Source: Rhizophagus irregularis (Eukaryota). From it: DNA of 64,000 nt. The translations under genes and the position numbers were made by a program. This document shows positions 11,915 to 26,204 of this stretch, piece after piece (within the stretch, counting starts at the first letter, position 1; each line of letters begins with the position of its first letter). Location: assembly GCF_026210795.1 (NCBI RefSeq), contig NC_089431.1:4464001-4528000 (forward strand). Direction: 5' to 3'. The notes under the pieces were generated by a model. It did not search any database, was not told the origin of the DNA, and worked only from the letters and a program-made list of their open reading frames with translations.

Positions 11915-14900
11915 ATTTCCGGATCTAAAGTTCTAAACAGATCCTTATGTTAGCGGATATCCAGTTTTATTTTAGATTATCTTTCGCACCGGGACCAATG
12001 AGTTTGTTTAAATAGAAAATTTTAGTATTATATAAATTATATTGAGAATTGGTAAGGGTCTTCGATCACGCGGCAGATTTAATATTTTTGATTGGCCAGA
12101 TTGGCCACATGATCGTGTCATGTTAATTTGTTTACCGAATCTCATTTTCGTTATAGGTTCGAGGTTCGTTTCCTGGGTTCTTTCGGTCTCGAGGTATTTT
12201 TCTTTTTTTCTTTTTATTTTTATTTCTAACTTATATTCTTACACTTTGTTTCTTACTAGCTCTATTTCATTATATTTAGGTCTTTTAGTCCTTCCAGTTC
12301 TGCAATTAAGGTTCGGTTGTTTTTCGATTTATATTTCGTTTCTTATTTTTTATTTTTTTTATTTTGTTTCCGTTTCATATTTCGTTTTTATTTCATTTTT
12401 TTTTAGATCTTTTAGTTCTTTCAGTTCTACAATTAATAAAGGTATGTTTTTTATTTTTATTTTGTTTCTATCTTATATTTCGTTTCTTACTAACTTCAGT
12501 TTTTTTTACTTTATGGCTTATTTGTTACTTGGTTTCCTATCATTATCTTTTGCTACCCAACCTCCTATCATGATCATTTTTTTATTTTTGTCTCATCATT
12601 TTTCACTTCCTATTACTTCTCATTATTCCATTCTTTTCGTCTCTCATTATTTTCTATTATATCTTTTCATTTTCCATTATTTCTTTTTCTCTCCTGTTTA
12701 CTTCCCATCATTTCTTTTTGTCTCTCATCACTCCTTTTCGTCTCCCATCACTCCTCTTCATCGGATAAGATTATTTTGAATAAATATGTTTGCAAAAAAA
12801 TTTTTTTTTTAAATATCTTTTGCGATAAAATTTTTGGTTTGAGAAAAAGATGAAAAATCTAAAAAAAAGGAACCAAAAAAAGCTAAAAATATTTGAAAAA
12901 AAAATCGGACAAAATAAAATTAATAATCAAAAAAAAATTCCGATTGAGGTAAAATTTCATTAACTGAAATTGGATTAGTTGATTGGTTTTTGCGGAGGCA
13001 TGTCACGGGTTTTAATTATATGGGATTCCCATGGAATTTCAGGAATTTATCGGGATCTGTGCAAATTTTACATTAGTAATATCTGATATTGTACAAACCT
13101 CATAAAATTCGCGTAACGGTTAATTAACCCCATGGGATTTCAAGTTACACAATTCAGACTATTTATACATGCTAGTCTAAACGTTACGGTTACACGTGTA
13201 TTTTTTTAGTTTTAAGAAATGCTAAATGCCAATCTGAACAAATGTAATAAATCTTCAGTGTTCCACTGCATGAATTATAAAGTATTAAAACGCGTCGCGA
13301 CCGTCGCGTTAATCTCATCATTTTTTTTTTTAGTATCGTATTACTTGTCACTATTTTTATATTTTTGACGATATGGCACAACACCAAAGTAGCATTACTC
13401 CCTTTTTGATTTCTCCCCCAAACGTACCACCTAATGAAGATTCTATCCAACCAGTAAGAAAGAAAAAAAAAATTTCAAGGAAAAAAACTAGTTGGATATG
13501 GGAGCATTTTATTGAAGGACATACTGATAATGATGAACCAGCCATTATCTGTCAAGTGGAAAAGGAAAATGGTACGAAATGCAATGTAAAACTTAAACAT
13601 GATAGTAGTGGAATTAGTCATCTATGGTCTATTCATAAAATGACTAACAATGGAAAACAGCCAGTATGAATATTTATTATTTAATTAAAAAAATGATGAT
13701 TGATACTTATATTTAATAATTATGACTAATTTGTTTTTACATAAATTTATTTTATTTAATTTATAAAAATATAGGATAAACAACAAAAACTCAATGTAAC
13801 TGAAAAATATTCAGAAGCACAGCAAGATAGACTTCGTCAATTTCTGGTTAATTGGGTTATTGATGATTTACAACCTTTCTCAGTTGTTAATAGCCCATCA
13901 TTTCGTATTTTTTGCAATGAATTAGACCCTGCGTTTTTAATACCAGAGGCAAAATCTGTAAAAGCAATGATTCATCAGGCATATAATTTTACGTATCCAA
14001 GAATGATAGAACAAATTGGAAAAGAAGCAAAATCTGTTGCATTAACAGCAGATCTGTGGACTGGCAGAAATCATAAAGGATTTCTTGGAATCACATGTTC
14101 ATATCTTGATGCAGATTTTATTCTTAAAGAAGTTATACTTGCTATAGAATACGTCCGATACCCACATACCGCAGAACATATAGCTGAATGCTTTGAAAAT
14201 ATCTTAAAACAGTGGAATATAAGACATATCACGACTACAATCACAACAGATAATGGCTCCAATATGAAAAATTCTGTTGAATTGTTAAATGGAATTAGTT
14301 GGATAGGATGTTTTGCACACACATTACAATTGGTAGTGGGTAAAGGATTATATGTAGCAAAAACCTTGATATTACGTGTGGAACGTTTGATAGATTTTTT
14401 TATGACGACTAAACAATCCAAAAGACTTGAAAAGATTCAAAAGGAGCATCCTTCTCTTGCTAATAATGAAGAAGGTGATGAACCTATAGTACGTATTATT
14501 ACTTAAATTTAAATTATTTATATTACAAAATTACAATAATTATTAATTGCATTTAATTTATTTGTCTTAGGATGCTGCTAAAACTTCAAAATACCTCAAT
14601 GCTATTGCTGACGTTTCTACCAGATGGTATTCTAGTTATTTGGCCTGGCGTCATCTTACCAAATTAAAAGGATATATTAAAGGATTAGTTAATCATCTTG
14701 AGCTTGAATCTGATCCTGATTCCCGAAAGGATGCAAAGCTACTAAAAAATATAATGATAAGTGATGATGAATGGTCATTAATTTTGGATTTAACCGAAAT
14801 TCTTTCTCACTTTGCAGATGCAACAAACTATTTGGGAGAAAGTAAATATTGTACTTACAGCAGCATGAATCCAACTATTATAGAGATCATGAAATGGGTC

Positions 14901-15918
14901 CGTCCATCTTCAAGTAACAATGGCCTTACTGATATTGATGTTGATAGAATTAATGATGCTTTTGGAGAAGTTTCTGAATTAGAAAAAGATAGAGAAATCA
15001 ATACACCTGTTGATACTTACGATCTTTTAGATCAAATAAAAAAAATTTTATATGGTGCATTGATTCATTACTTTAATCCTACATCATCTGAAGCTCTTTT
15101 GGCTGCTCTTCTTGATCCACGGTTCAAAAACTTACATTTATTTACACAAAACCAAAAGCAAGATGCTATAGATGAATTGCAAAATAGGTATAGTAAGATG
15201 AAATTGGAACAATCTACTACTTCAACTACACCTCCAGCTCAGCCCCGAAAAAAAAGATCATTGTTTTATGCTTTTACCAAGTCATCAACATCAACAGCCG
15301 AAAATGAAGTGAATGAATATTTAGCATTGGACGAGATTCCATTTGAAAGTGATCCATATGCTTGGTGTAATGATAGAAAAGAAAAGTTTCCGGTTTTAAG
15401 TCAATTGGCTAGAAAGAAATTAGGTATTCGAGTAGCATCTACTCCTTCAGAACGACTGTTCTCTGACGTAGGGAATCTGTTAACTGTTGAAAGAACAAGA
15501 ATGAAACCTGAGTTATTTAGTCGTGTTATGTTCTTGAAACGGAATGGTCACCACTTTTCTAGTATTCATCCCCACCTCAAAAAATAATAACTCCTATTGA
15601 TGTTATTAATGTTTAAAAAATCTTTATTCTATACTTTACAATAAAATCAATATAGCTAATGTTTTCAGTTTTTGAAGAAAAAAATATTATTATACAATGT
15701 AATAAATAAAACTATAATAAAAAAAAAGTAAAAACTATCGTCAATTATTCGACTTTAGATATTAAATTCGCGGATATACAAACATCTGCGAAGATCACGG
15801 ATTAATTCGGATGGATATCCGGTTTCGCAAAAAAAATATTTTAATAGATAACCGGATATGAAAATTCTTTAACAGTGCGGATTTATTTTATCCGGATACT
15901 AGCCGGATACAAACACTA
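11915..15918 (+). mobile_element. hAT DNA transposon, right end recognisable, left end degraded
   Basis: Right terminus CCGGATACAAACACTA (15903-15918) preceded by CGGAT-type subterminal repeats. Similar motifs at 11915-11965 but no matching left TIR found, so the left boundary is uncertain. Confidence 0.6.
13373..15587 (+). CDS. hAT-family (BED finger, DDE, hATC) transposase, 3 exons, about 673 aa
   Basis: Exons 13373-13663, 13775-14488 and 14571-15587 with phase-0 introns. BED SWIWEHF..C..C..HLWSIH; ALTADLWT, TTDNGSN, CFAH, STRWYS, PSERLFS; dimerisation domain FPVLSQLARK. Confidence 0.9.
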
Positions 15919-16830
15919 TAAATTGACACTTAGAAAAAATAATAAATAAATCACATCACAAAGTACATTGGACGTTAATTTACTAAATTTTTTTGGATCA
16001 TAGTACTAATTTTAGATCATCAGAGTTTCAAATGATCGAGATTATCGAATCATAATGTGGAATTAATTTTTAAAATGGATATTTATAAAGTTTTAAAATC
16101 ATCAAAGTCAAAATTTTCGAAACTAAATTTTTTAAAATTAAGTTCTTTGTATGAATTCAGATCAATTTTTCGTGATCTCGTGATAGATTTAATCCCGATG
16201 CAACAATAAAGATTCTTAGAGGGTATAATGACTATAATCCAGTTAAACGAAAAAAGCGTTTAATAATGCAAGATATATTTACACTTCATTTAATAGTAAT
16301 TATAGTGAAAATTTTGTTTAAATCGCATAGCAAGTGAAAGTAGTATAATAATTCTGAATACGGTTGTTTCACTGGCTTGGAAGCAATTGTTTTAATTATT
16401 GTTATTTTTATGGGAAAATCCGGTTAAAAAGTTAATTATAAGGTACTGATATCAAATTTTTTGAAATTTATGTTCGTTTAATTTCATTTTATTATATTAT
16501 ATTATATTATTTATTTATTTATTTTTTTCAGAAAAAAAATAAAGACGAAAGTAGAACGTAAATTTCGGCTTACATGCCAAAGAATATAGTAAAATTTTAC
16601 GATTTTATCGAATAATAACAATCGAAATTTAATTTCGTCTAGAATTATTTAATTAAATTAAACAAGTCACATAAAGGTATACTGGGAAATTTAATTTACG
16701 CTTTGCAATTGATCAAGACAAACTAATTGGTATAATTCTTTTCTTCTTTATATTCTTATAAATCTATTAATCTAATAATTTCTATTACACAAAAAGTCAA
16801 AAATAAAATTTTAAACAAGGAAACATATAA

Positions 16831-18420
16831 TTAAATATTAATCTGAAATATTTCATATTCTTCTATAAAAAACTTATCTTCGGTTTTTCTGATAGGTTTT
16901 TCATAGGATGACTTTTTACAATGACACCTATCAAATTTCTGCACTAAATCACCACCACTAATCATTATAACTTCGGATAATGTAAGGTCACTTTTACCAA
17001 ATGATGGACCAAGTTTCTTCGAATAATTTATGGCATACTTTTTATCCTTCACTCTACTTAGAAGATAATCTTCATTATTTTCATTATTCATAAGGGAGAA
17101 TATAAAACTATCGTTAGTAATGCCAAAACCTCCAGATTTCCATTTAATCGGATTATACCCTCCAAGAATTTCATTACTACCTCGTACTTTAATAACTGTT
17201 ACGGTATTAGATTGATTATCACAAATGTTGTGAAATTTTTCAGAAGTCAATCCATCACGAGATCTACGAAAAATTAATTTAAATTCATATAATTTGTTTG
17301 CCTTATCTGTAATTTCTAATCTATCAATCCATTTTGAGATTAATTCAGCATGTTGGATTGTAATAATTTTCGAATCTATACTCATTGAACCATCTTTTGA
17401 AATTGATTCAATCTGTTTGTTTGAATTGACTATTGAATTAACGCCCCTTGAACTGATTGTTTTGATCGTTTGAGGTTCGGTTGGCATATAATCATGATTC
17501 AAAAAAATTTTCAATAATTCCTTATATAATTCCTTCGGTAAAATTTTCTTATATGGTAAAACTTTATCCATAAATTCTTTAGAAGACAAAGTAAAGAATT
17601 TAATAAAAGGAATAGATTGTTGTAAGGTATTCTTTAAAACATTGAAATCATCTTTTGAAAAGTTTGCAGGATCAGAAGGGAGTTCAGGATTTTGAGTGAG
17701 TCCCCATTTAAGAACATGTTCCCAGACTTGAATTCCATCCATTTGAAGATCATCATGTTGAATAAGAGAAATCAAAGTTCTCTCTGAAATTGAAGTAAAA
17801 TCGGGTGAATTAAAAATTTTTTCCGATTGTTTAGAAATTAATTCCGTACAAAACTTTTGAAGTTCTAAGAAAGAATCACTCTCAAAACTAGTTTGATACA
17901 TTGGAATAAAATTTTGTTCAATCCAGTCTGCTTGATTATTAATCAAAAATGATTGTGTATAGGGTATTAATTCCTGAAGATTTAGTTCACTGGCAGCAAC
18001 CAAAATTTTAACAACGTACGAAGCATCAAATTCTTCCAAAGAAAGTTTTCCTCCATAAATATACCTAAAAAAAAAAAGAAAAATTATTTTTTTTTATGAA
18101 ATAGTTACAAAATTATGTAAACTATATATTAAAATAAATATTTCTAATTTAATCTTTTCTTACTTTAAAATTATTTGGAAAATTTCAGGTGAAATATTTG
18201 GTAATTTAATATGTACTAACGTTCCATCATTCTTCTTTTTATTTGTTGACAAAATTTTTTTCAAATAAGGGGAACGATAATTTAAAATAACCATATGAGA
18301 ACGAAATATTTTAACATAAGGGTCGATACCAACTTCTATTGTAACATCATAATATTCTTCATCATCTAAAATTTCGAGTAAATTTTGTGATAATATCGGT
18401 AAAAATTTATTACCTGCCAT
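16831..18420 (-). CDS. BTB/POZ-BACK-TLDc protein, copy 2 (intron 18163-18065)
   Basis: Same motifs and intron position as copy 1, its closest paralog. Confidence 0.92.
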
Positions 18421-19505
18421 AATAAATGAAATGGAAAATTAGCAGATCGTATCCGATGTTTGAATTTATAGGGGTACAAATATATCACTGCTGTTACACA
18501 AATTTTATTTGTCCTCTATTAATACAACATTTGTATCGGTTCGGATGATTGTCATTCAACTTATGGTTAGCTCAGTTTACTGGAAACGTAATTAGGAGTT
18601 AGGAAGTTAGCAAATATTCTGGTAAAAATGCCGTAAGACTCGCTCACAAATTATAAATAAACAATTAAACCCAAGGTAGATGATAAACTATTAACTATTT
18701 ATTTATAGAAAAATAGAAGGAATTTGTTATTAGGCAATTAAAGTAGCGATAACTTAAGTTATTTGACTCTACTAATTCCTTATTTTAACATTATTTTCAA
18801 CATTTATCAAATGATTCGAGATATTTCCTCATTACATTTATCTCATCATTACATAAATCTACTTCTAATCCACTAAAATTTTACAAACTGATCATTACGT
18901 GACATCACATGTACATTTTGTAACGTTTTAAAATCAATTGTAGTAATAAAATACTTTGAAATGATAATATTAAGTAATTGATAAATTGAAGTTTTTATTT
19001 TATTTTCATAATTTCATATTTTTTAATTGTTAATAAATAAAAATTTGTAATTATCAAATATTTATTATTAATGTTAATAAAAAGATTTATAATTACTATT
19101 ATTATAATAATTATTTAAATTAATTCATAAAAAAATCTTATTTAAAAACAAAATTTCATAATTTCCATTAATTTTAAAATTCAATATAATTTTCAATTCT
19201 TATAAAATTCTTTTTAAAAATTTTCATCATCATTTGAAATATTTAAACTGATTTAAAGACGTGAGTATCTTATTTTTAAGATTTTTTTTTTGCGAAGGTC
19301 TCTTTCTTTCAAGCGTAATTCAAAAGGATTATTATCAATATTCTTTTGGAAAAATAATTACTCGTATTCCGAAGAAACGATCAAACTTTTAAGGGAATAA
19401 CTTTATTAGCTGCGCCACAAGATTACAAAAAAAAGAAGTAATAAATATGAGATAACCAAAAATTTGTAACTTTTTATTAGATATTTTATATTTTATTACA
19501 ATATA

Positions 19506-19934
19506 CAGTCGACTCTGGTTATAACGAACCTGTTTGTACCGAAACCTCGTTATACCGAATCATAATTTCCAGAACCGATTTTTTATAAATAATTTCACTG
19601 GATATAACGAACTTTTATAATAAAACACTATATAACGCATCCGAACCAAACTTAACCAGCCCCTATATATCAGCTATATAATAACTTTATACTTTCTATA
19701 ACGAACGGTCATGTGACTATATAGTAGTCCAGGCCAATTTTATAGTGCTGGCTAGAATTACTAGTAATTTTTTCGAAAATTTATGTTAAAAAGAAATTAT
19801 AATTTTGGCCAGCATTACAAATTTGGCCTAAATTGCCTATAAAGAAAACTAGTTCGGTATATTATATAACGAATTCACAATATACCGAACTAAACCTCCT
19901 GGAACGGAGGGTTCGTTATATCCAGAGTTGACTG
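19506..19934. mobile_element. Tc1/mariner (pogo-like) non-autonomous element, TA TSD
   Basis: TIRs CAGTCGACTCTGGTTATAACGAACC / GGTTCGTTATATCCAGAGTTGACTG with TA on both flanks; internal TATAACGAA repeats. Confidence 0.9.
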
Positions 19935-20153
19935 TAGTCATATACTCATATACATGTACTGAATGTATAATAACAATTAAATCTTGCGTCATAAATATAT
20001 ATAATATTGGATAGTGTAAATATAGTTTCAAAGGCACAATATTTTTAAAATAATAAGAAATCGAAAAAATATAGATAGATTTCAAACAAAAAAAAAACTT
20101 CGGCTCTTATATTAAATAGTATAAAAATACAATGAAAATCACCTCGCCAATAT

Positions 20154-21684
20154 TTATGATTTAATATTAATTTGAAATACTTCATATTCTTCAATAGAAA
20201 AATGATCGAAAGTATTTCTGATCTGCTTTTCATAAAAAAATTTTTTACAAAAATTGGTATTATTACAAAAAGAATCACTAGCGTAAAGGCCTCCAAATAC
20301 CGTGAGGTCACCAATACCAAATGATGGACCGTAATATGAAAAATAATTTACGGCATAGCTTTCATCTACTACTCGACTCAAAATATAATCATTAATATCT
20401 TCCTTAAAAGAAAATATGAAACTATTTTTAGTTTTACCATAATGTTTGATCGTACTTTTAGATTTAGAATCCCATTTAATCGGATTATATCCTCCAAGAA
20501 TTTCATTACTGTTTTTTACTTCAATAATTGTTACAGTATGAGATCGATTATCACAAATTTCATGGAACTTTTTAAATGTAAATCCGTCACGAGATCCTCG
20601 AAGAATTAATTCGAATTTATACAAATTGTTCAACTTGTTCGTGTTCTCTAATCTATCAATCCATTTTGAGATTAATTCAACATGTTGATTTGTAATGATT
20701 TTTGAATCAATATTCTCATTAGAATCAATTTCTTTGATTTCTTTGATTTTTCTATTTGATGGTCTATAATCATGATTAAGAAAAGTTTTCAATAGATCAT
20801 TATATAATTCTTCCGGTAAAACTTTTCGATAAGGAAATACACTATCCAAAAATTCTTTTGAGGTCAAATTATAAAATTTAATAAAAGAAATACATTGTTG
20901 TAAGGTATTCTTCAAAGTATTATAATTGTCGTTTGAATAGCTTGAAGGGTCTGAAGAAAGTTCAGGATTTTGACCAATACCCCATTTAAGAACATGTTCC
21001 CAAATTTGAACTTCCCTCATTTGAAGATTATCATGTTGAATAAGAGAGATTAATAAATTTTCTGAAATTGAAGTAAAATCAGTTGAATTAAAAATTTTTT
21101 CTGATTGTTTGGATATTAACTCTGTACAAAAATTTTGAAGTTCTGAGAAAGAATCATTTTCAAAGTACGTTCGAAATATAAAATTAAAATTTTGTTCAAT
21201 CCAGTCTGCTTTGTACTTAATTAAAAATAATTGAGTATTCGGAATTAATTCTTGAAGACCTAGTTCATTTGCGGCAATTAAAATTTTAACGATATCAGAA
21301 GCATCATATTCTTTATAAAGAATTATTCCTCCATAGATATACCTAAAATGAAAACGTTTATAAAATCATACAAAACAAATAATTGTTCACTAAATAATTT
21401 AAATATTGTTACCTTAAAATTATTTGAAAAATTTCAGGTAAAATGTTTGGTAATTTTATATGTGTTAAAGTCCCGTCACTTTTCTTTTTATTAGTTGACA
21501 AAATTCTTCTCAAATGAAAAGAACGATAATTTAAAATAGCTATATGAGCACGAAATATTTTTACGTGAGGATCATCACCAACTTCAATTGTAATATCATA
21601 ATATTCATCATCATCTAATATTTCAAGTAAATTTTGAGATAATTTTTGTAAATATACATAACGATCATTACGAAAACGAACCAT
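20154..21684 (-). CDS. BTB/POZ-BACK-TLDc protein, copy 3
   Basis: Start MVRFRNDRYVYLQKLSQN. Exon 2 begins at 21342 and reads open and in frame with the 21020-20154 ORF. Confidence 0.88.
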
Positions 21685-21697
21685 TATAATTGAAATA

Positions 21698-22237
21698 TGG
21701 TGCCGGAACTCTATACTCAAAAATAAAATTGTGATAATTATAAATCTTTCAACACTTTAATAAAATAGAATTTCAAAGAAATAAACCGGTAACTTTGTTC
21801 TACAAGACAAGTACTATTAAATTACCGGTCAGATTTTCAAAAAAATATCTACATAAAAAGTTATAAGCGTTTGAAATTTGGTTATTTTTATATGATTGGC
21901 CCAAATTTGAAACAAAAAGTCACATAAATGCATTTATTTTATGAGAATTTACATAAATCGTATTGACATTTAATTATTTTAAGGCTTAAAATGGCTTAAA
22001 ATGTCCTTAATTTACTTAAAAGTCAAAATTCAACCCCATTTTAGCTTGATTGTTCTTAAATAAATACTACTTTCTGCTTTATTCTTTAGCCGATTTCCTT
22101 TTTTTTCCTTTTTTGTACATGCTCGTATCTGTTTTTTCTATTTTTTGTCCAAAATTGTGAGTTTTTATTGGCTATTATGCTTCTCACGTGATAAATTGAA
22201 AATTTGAACCATTTTTGAGTATAGAGTTCCGGCACCA
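21698..22237. mobile_element. 540-bp Tc1/mariner-type MITE just upstream of the copy 3 ATG, TA TSD
   Basis: Perfect 27-bp TIR TGGTGCCGGAACTCTATACTCAAAAAT. Paralogs at ~24912 and ~33071 show the empty site TGAAATAGAAAA. Confidence 0.92.
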
Positions 22238-23363
22238 TAGAAAAATAAAAAATAAAGTTGTTGTAGATCATGTAGATCATATATGTATTTGAATATATAC
22301 TAAAGTAGTATCACCAGAGTCGGATATAATAAAACCCGATTCCGATTACGCATCAATAGATAGATGAGATTCCGATGTTCACATTAACGAAAATCTTTTT
22401 CTACCTATCATAAATTTCAATCGCACTGACTTTGTGTTTAGACGCATAATACATTAGACAATTTACAGTCTTATATATATGATTCGATAATACATCAGAA
22501 AAATTATACAAGTAAGTTGTTATCTTAATCTTACAGTGTTTAAGAAATCCGTTCAAAAATATTATGGTAATTTTTTCTATGAAATCTATTCACTAATATT
22601 CATTATGTATTTATTATAACTTGTTGATGATTTTGTATATATCTTTCTTTTGGTATTTTGGCAATTTGAATATATACCAATTAAAAAACACATATATCGG
22701 TTATCTACTAGTTTCATGAATGGTTTTTAACGGTGTACTTACTGTATGATAAATCAAGTTTGTAGAATTAATTATTTTGGGTAACCAGACTTTTCGCCGA
22801 AGGCCAAAGCCATTTCGCCGAAAAATTATTTATTCCATTTGGTTAGTTTATTGTTTTTATACTAAATACATAAAGAAATGTTTTCTAGAAAATCTTTGAA
22901 TTAGCTGATTTTATTAAATTTATCTCGTTGTTTATAATATATCAATAGTCTTTTTTTTATTTACTTTTTCGTGAGTAAATGAAATGTTTTCAAGAAAATA
23001 AAGTATTTATTTATTTCTTAATAATTAATATCAGTTACTTGAATGTTAAAGTGATAATATCTGGAAAAAAAAAAAATCTCTAAAAATAATTTATTTAATA
23101 TTTATTTTCATTGCTACCATTTTTCGGCGAAATCATAAGTAAAAAATTTTCAAAAATAATTAAATATCTATACCTTTTATCGCTGTTTTCAGAATTCTTC
23201 TACCTCATGCAAATTACTTAATAAAATAAAATTATAAGATTACAGGGTGATTTATACCAGACAATAACCGGACAATTTGTCCGGTAATCGATCTGTAATT
23301 ATAATCACCCAGCAATCACAACGTACACAGAAATCTGAAAATTGCAATAATTATTTTGATCGG

Positions 23364-24901
23364 TTATCCTATATAAATCTGAAAAACTTCATATTCTTCT
23401 ACAGCAAAATCAACTTCAGCTTCTCTGATTTGTTTTTCATAAGATTTATTTATACAATAATTAGAACAATTACTAAAAGAATATTCAGGATTTAAAAGGT
23501 CTCCATATATTGTAAGGTCTCCACGACCAAATGATGGTCCATCATAAAGAGAATTATTTATAGCGTACTTTTCATCCTTCACCCGACTTAATATATGGTT
23601 TTTAATATCTTTCTTATTATTAAAAGAAAATATGAAACTATCTGTAGTCTTACTATATTCATTAGAAAATGCTTTACTGCACATTTTGGATTTCCACATA
23701 ATTGGATTGTACCCTCCGAGAATTTCCTCACTGCTTTTTACTTTGATAATTGATACAGTATGAGATTTATTATTACAAATTTCATGAAAATTTTCGGCCG
23801 TAAATCCATCACGAGACGAAGAATTAATTTAAATTCGTATGAATTTTTCAATTCATCTGTAAACTCTAGTCTGTCAATCCATTTGGAAATTAATTCAGCA
23901 TGTTAAATTGTAATGATTTTTGAATCTATGTATTTTAAACCAATTTCTTTAGTTTCTTTGATTGTCTGTGGCACCGACTTTTTACTTGGTTTATAATCAT
24001 TATCCAAAAAACATTTAATCAAATTTTCGTGTATCTCTTCAGGAATAATCTTTTTATATGGATACACTTTATTCAAGAATTCTTTAGAAGTAAATTCAGT
24101 AAATTTAATGAAAGGAATTATCTGTTGTACAGTATTTTTTAAGGCATTAAAATCATCGTTTGAATAATTTGAAGAATCCGAGGAAAGTTCAGGATTCTGA
24201 GCAATACCCCATTTAAGCACATGTTCCCAAATTTTAACTTCACTCATTTGAACATTATCAAGTTGAATAAGAGAGATTAAACTTTTTCCTGAAATTGAAG
24301 TAAAATCGGGTGAATTAAAAATTTTTTCCGGTTGTTTAGACATTAACTCCGTACAAAAATTTTGGAGTTCTGAGAAAGAATTATTTTCAAAGCTCGTTCG
24401 ATATATCAAGTTAAAATTTTGCTCAATCCAGTTTGTTTTGCTCTTAATCAAGAATAATTGAATATTCGGAATTAATTCTTGAAGTCCTAATTCACTTGCA
24501 GCAACTAAAATTTTAACGATATTAGAAGTATCATATTCTTCTAAAGTAAGTTTTCCCCCATAAATATACCTAAAATGAATCCGTTTAAAAATTAAATAAA
24601 AAAGAAAAATAATTTACTTATTTAGTTAATTTAATAATTCCTACCTTAAAATTGTTTGAAAAATATCAGGTAAAATATTTGGTAATTTTATATGTATTAA
24701 GGTTCCATCACTTTTCTTTTTATTAGTTGACAAAATTCTTCTCAAGTAAGGGGAACGATAATTTAAAATAACTATATGAGCACGAAATACTTTTACGTAA
24801 GGGTCATTACCAACTTCAATTGTAACATCATAATATTCTTCGTCATCTAATATTTCAAGTAAATTTTGTGATAATTTTTGAAAATATACATTACGAACCA
24901 T
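23364..24901 (-). pseudogene. BTB-BACK-TLDc pseudogene
   Basis: CAA>TAA nonsense at 23903-23905 (ITI* instead of ITIQH) and a 4-bp deletion in the RGSRDGF codons (~23816, ACGAGACGAAG versus ACGAGATCCACGAAG). Confidence 0.88.
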
Positions 24902-26204
24902 TATATTAAAATGAAATAGAAAAAATAAAGTTAATTGTGCAGATCGTATGTGTATTTTCACCATACTCGGATATAATAAAATCCGAATCACTTTCAAAAA
25001 TAATACTAACTCTTTATATATTATATGACTCAAGAATACAGCAGATATACAAGTAAGTTATCTTAATCTTATTATTTAAGGAATCAGTTTAAAAATATTA
25101 TAATAATTTTTCTATGAAAATTTTATTGATACTAGATATCAATTAAAAATTTTCGCGAATGATATTTAAATTTATAGAATTTATTATCTTGACTCGTTTG
25201 GTATTTAATTCAAAAAATTTATATCGATTAATTATTGCAGTATGGGATAAAAGTGAGTTTAATCGAACAAATAAGAAAAAAATATGTGGTTATTGCAATC
25301 ATCGATGACCGGTATGTGTTTATTTATTCTTTTTTCTCATCATCATCTGTCAATATATTAAATTTTTTATAATAAAAATTTGTATAAGACTAATTTTAAC
25401 CCGGGGTGATTTAACCTGGGCGATTTAACCTACTAATAAGTATATAAGTTTGCCCAAATTTAAACATAAGAGTCATTGTCAAAAAATGTCCAAATAAATA
25501 AAATCTATGTAAAGTGAAATGAATAAAAAAAAAATAATCGGCAAAAAATCATGTAAAATATAAAAATATAAATTTTTAGGGGGGCGATTTAACCCATGTT
25601 ATTTAACCCAGGGACAAGTTAGCAAAATTCTAAAAATTTAATTACTAATTTGATCAAATTAGACTAAAGTCAGATTCAGATATATACACTATTTTATTGC
25701 ACCTATACTATAAATATTGGTAGGTTTCTTTTCTTTCTTTTCTTCATCTTTCCATATTGTAGTTAGTTGGTGGTTTTGTTTATCTATTAATCTATTAAAT
25801 ATTTTTTCTCACTCTTACGTATAAACATAGCAGCACAGAAACTCTGTTACACATTAATGTTTATTAGATTAAAATAATTTCATGAATGTTAATATCACAT
25901 ATAATCAAATATTATTTCATTCATTACTACTGTATCCTTCCACTTTATTAATAAAATTCGCACGACATTTTTTTTTAAAAAAAATATACTGAAACTCTGT
26001 GAATACGATTTAATTCTAAAACCGGAGAAAAATATATTTTCGGAATAAACATGTTAATTTATATATAAATTAATAAATCAAATGAAAACAAATTGACAAA
26101 GTAACAAACTAATACAACTAATACAAAATTTTTAATGCTTAACAATACTATAAATAATAATTTTCCAGAAATAATTTTATATCACTCAAAATTATTTTGA
26201 TTAT

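Noticed and set aside
12042..12779. 245-aa F/S/L-rich ORF resembling a membrane protein
   Set aside because: Product of T/C-rich low-complexity DNA, with no ATG start and no domain.
22780..23135. ATTTCGCCGAAAAAT inverted repeat pair
   Set aside because: Probably a decayed MITE, but ends and TSD cannot be defined.
25395..25616. Repeated GATTTAACC motifs
   Set aside because: Irregular spacing, so not CRISPR-like; probably a TE subterminal remnant without definable ends.
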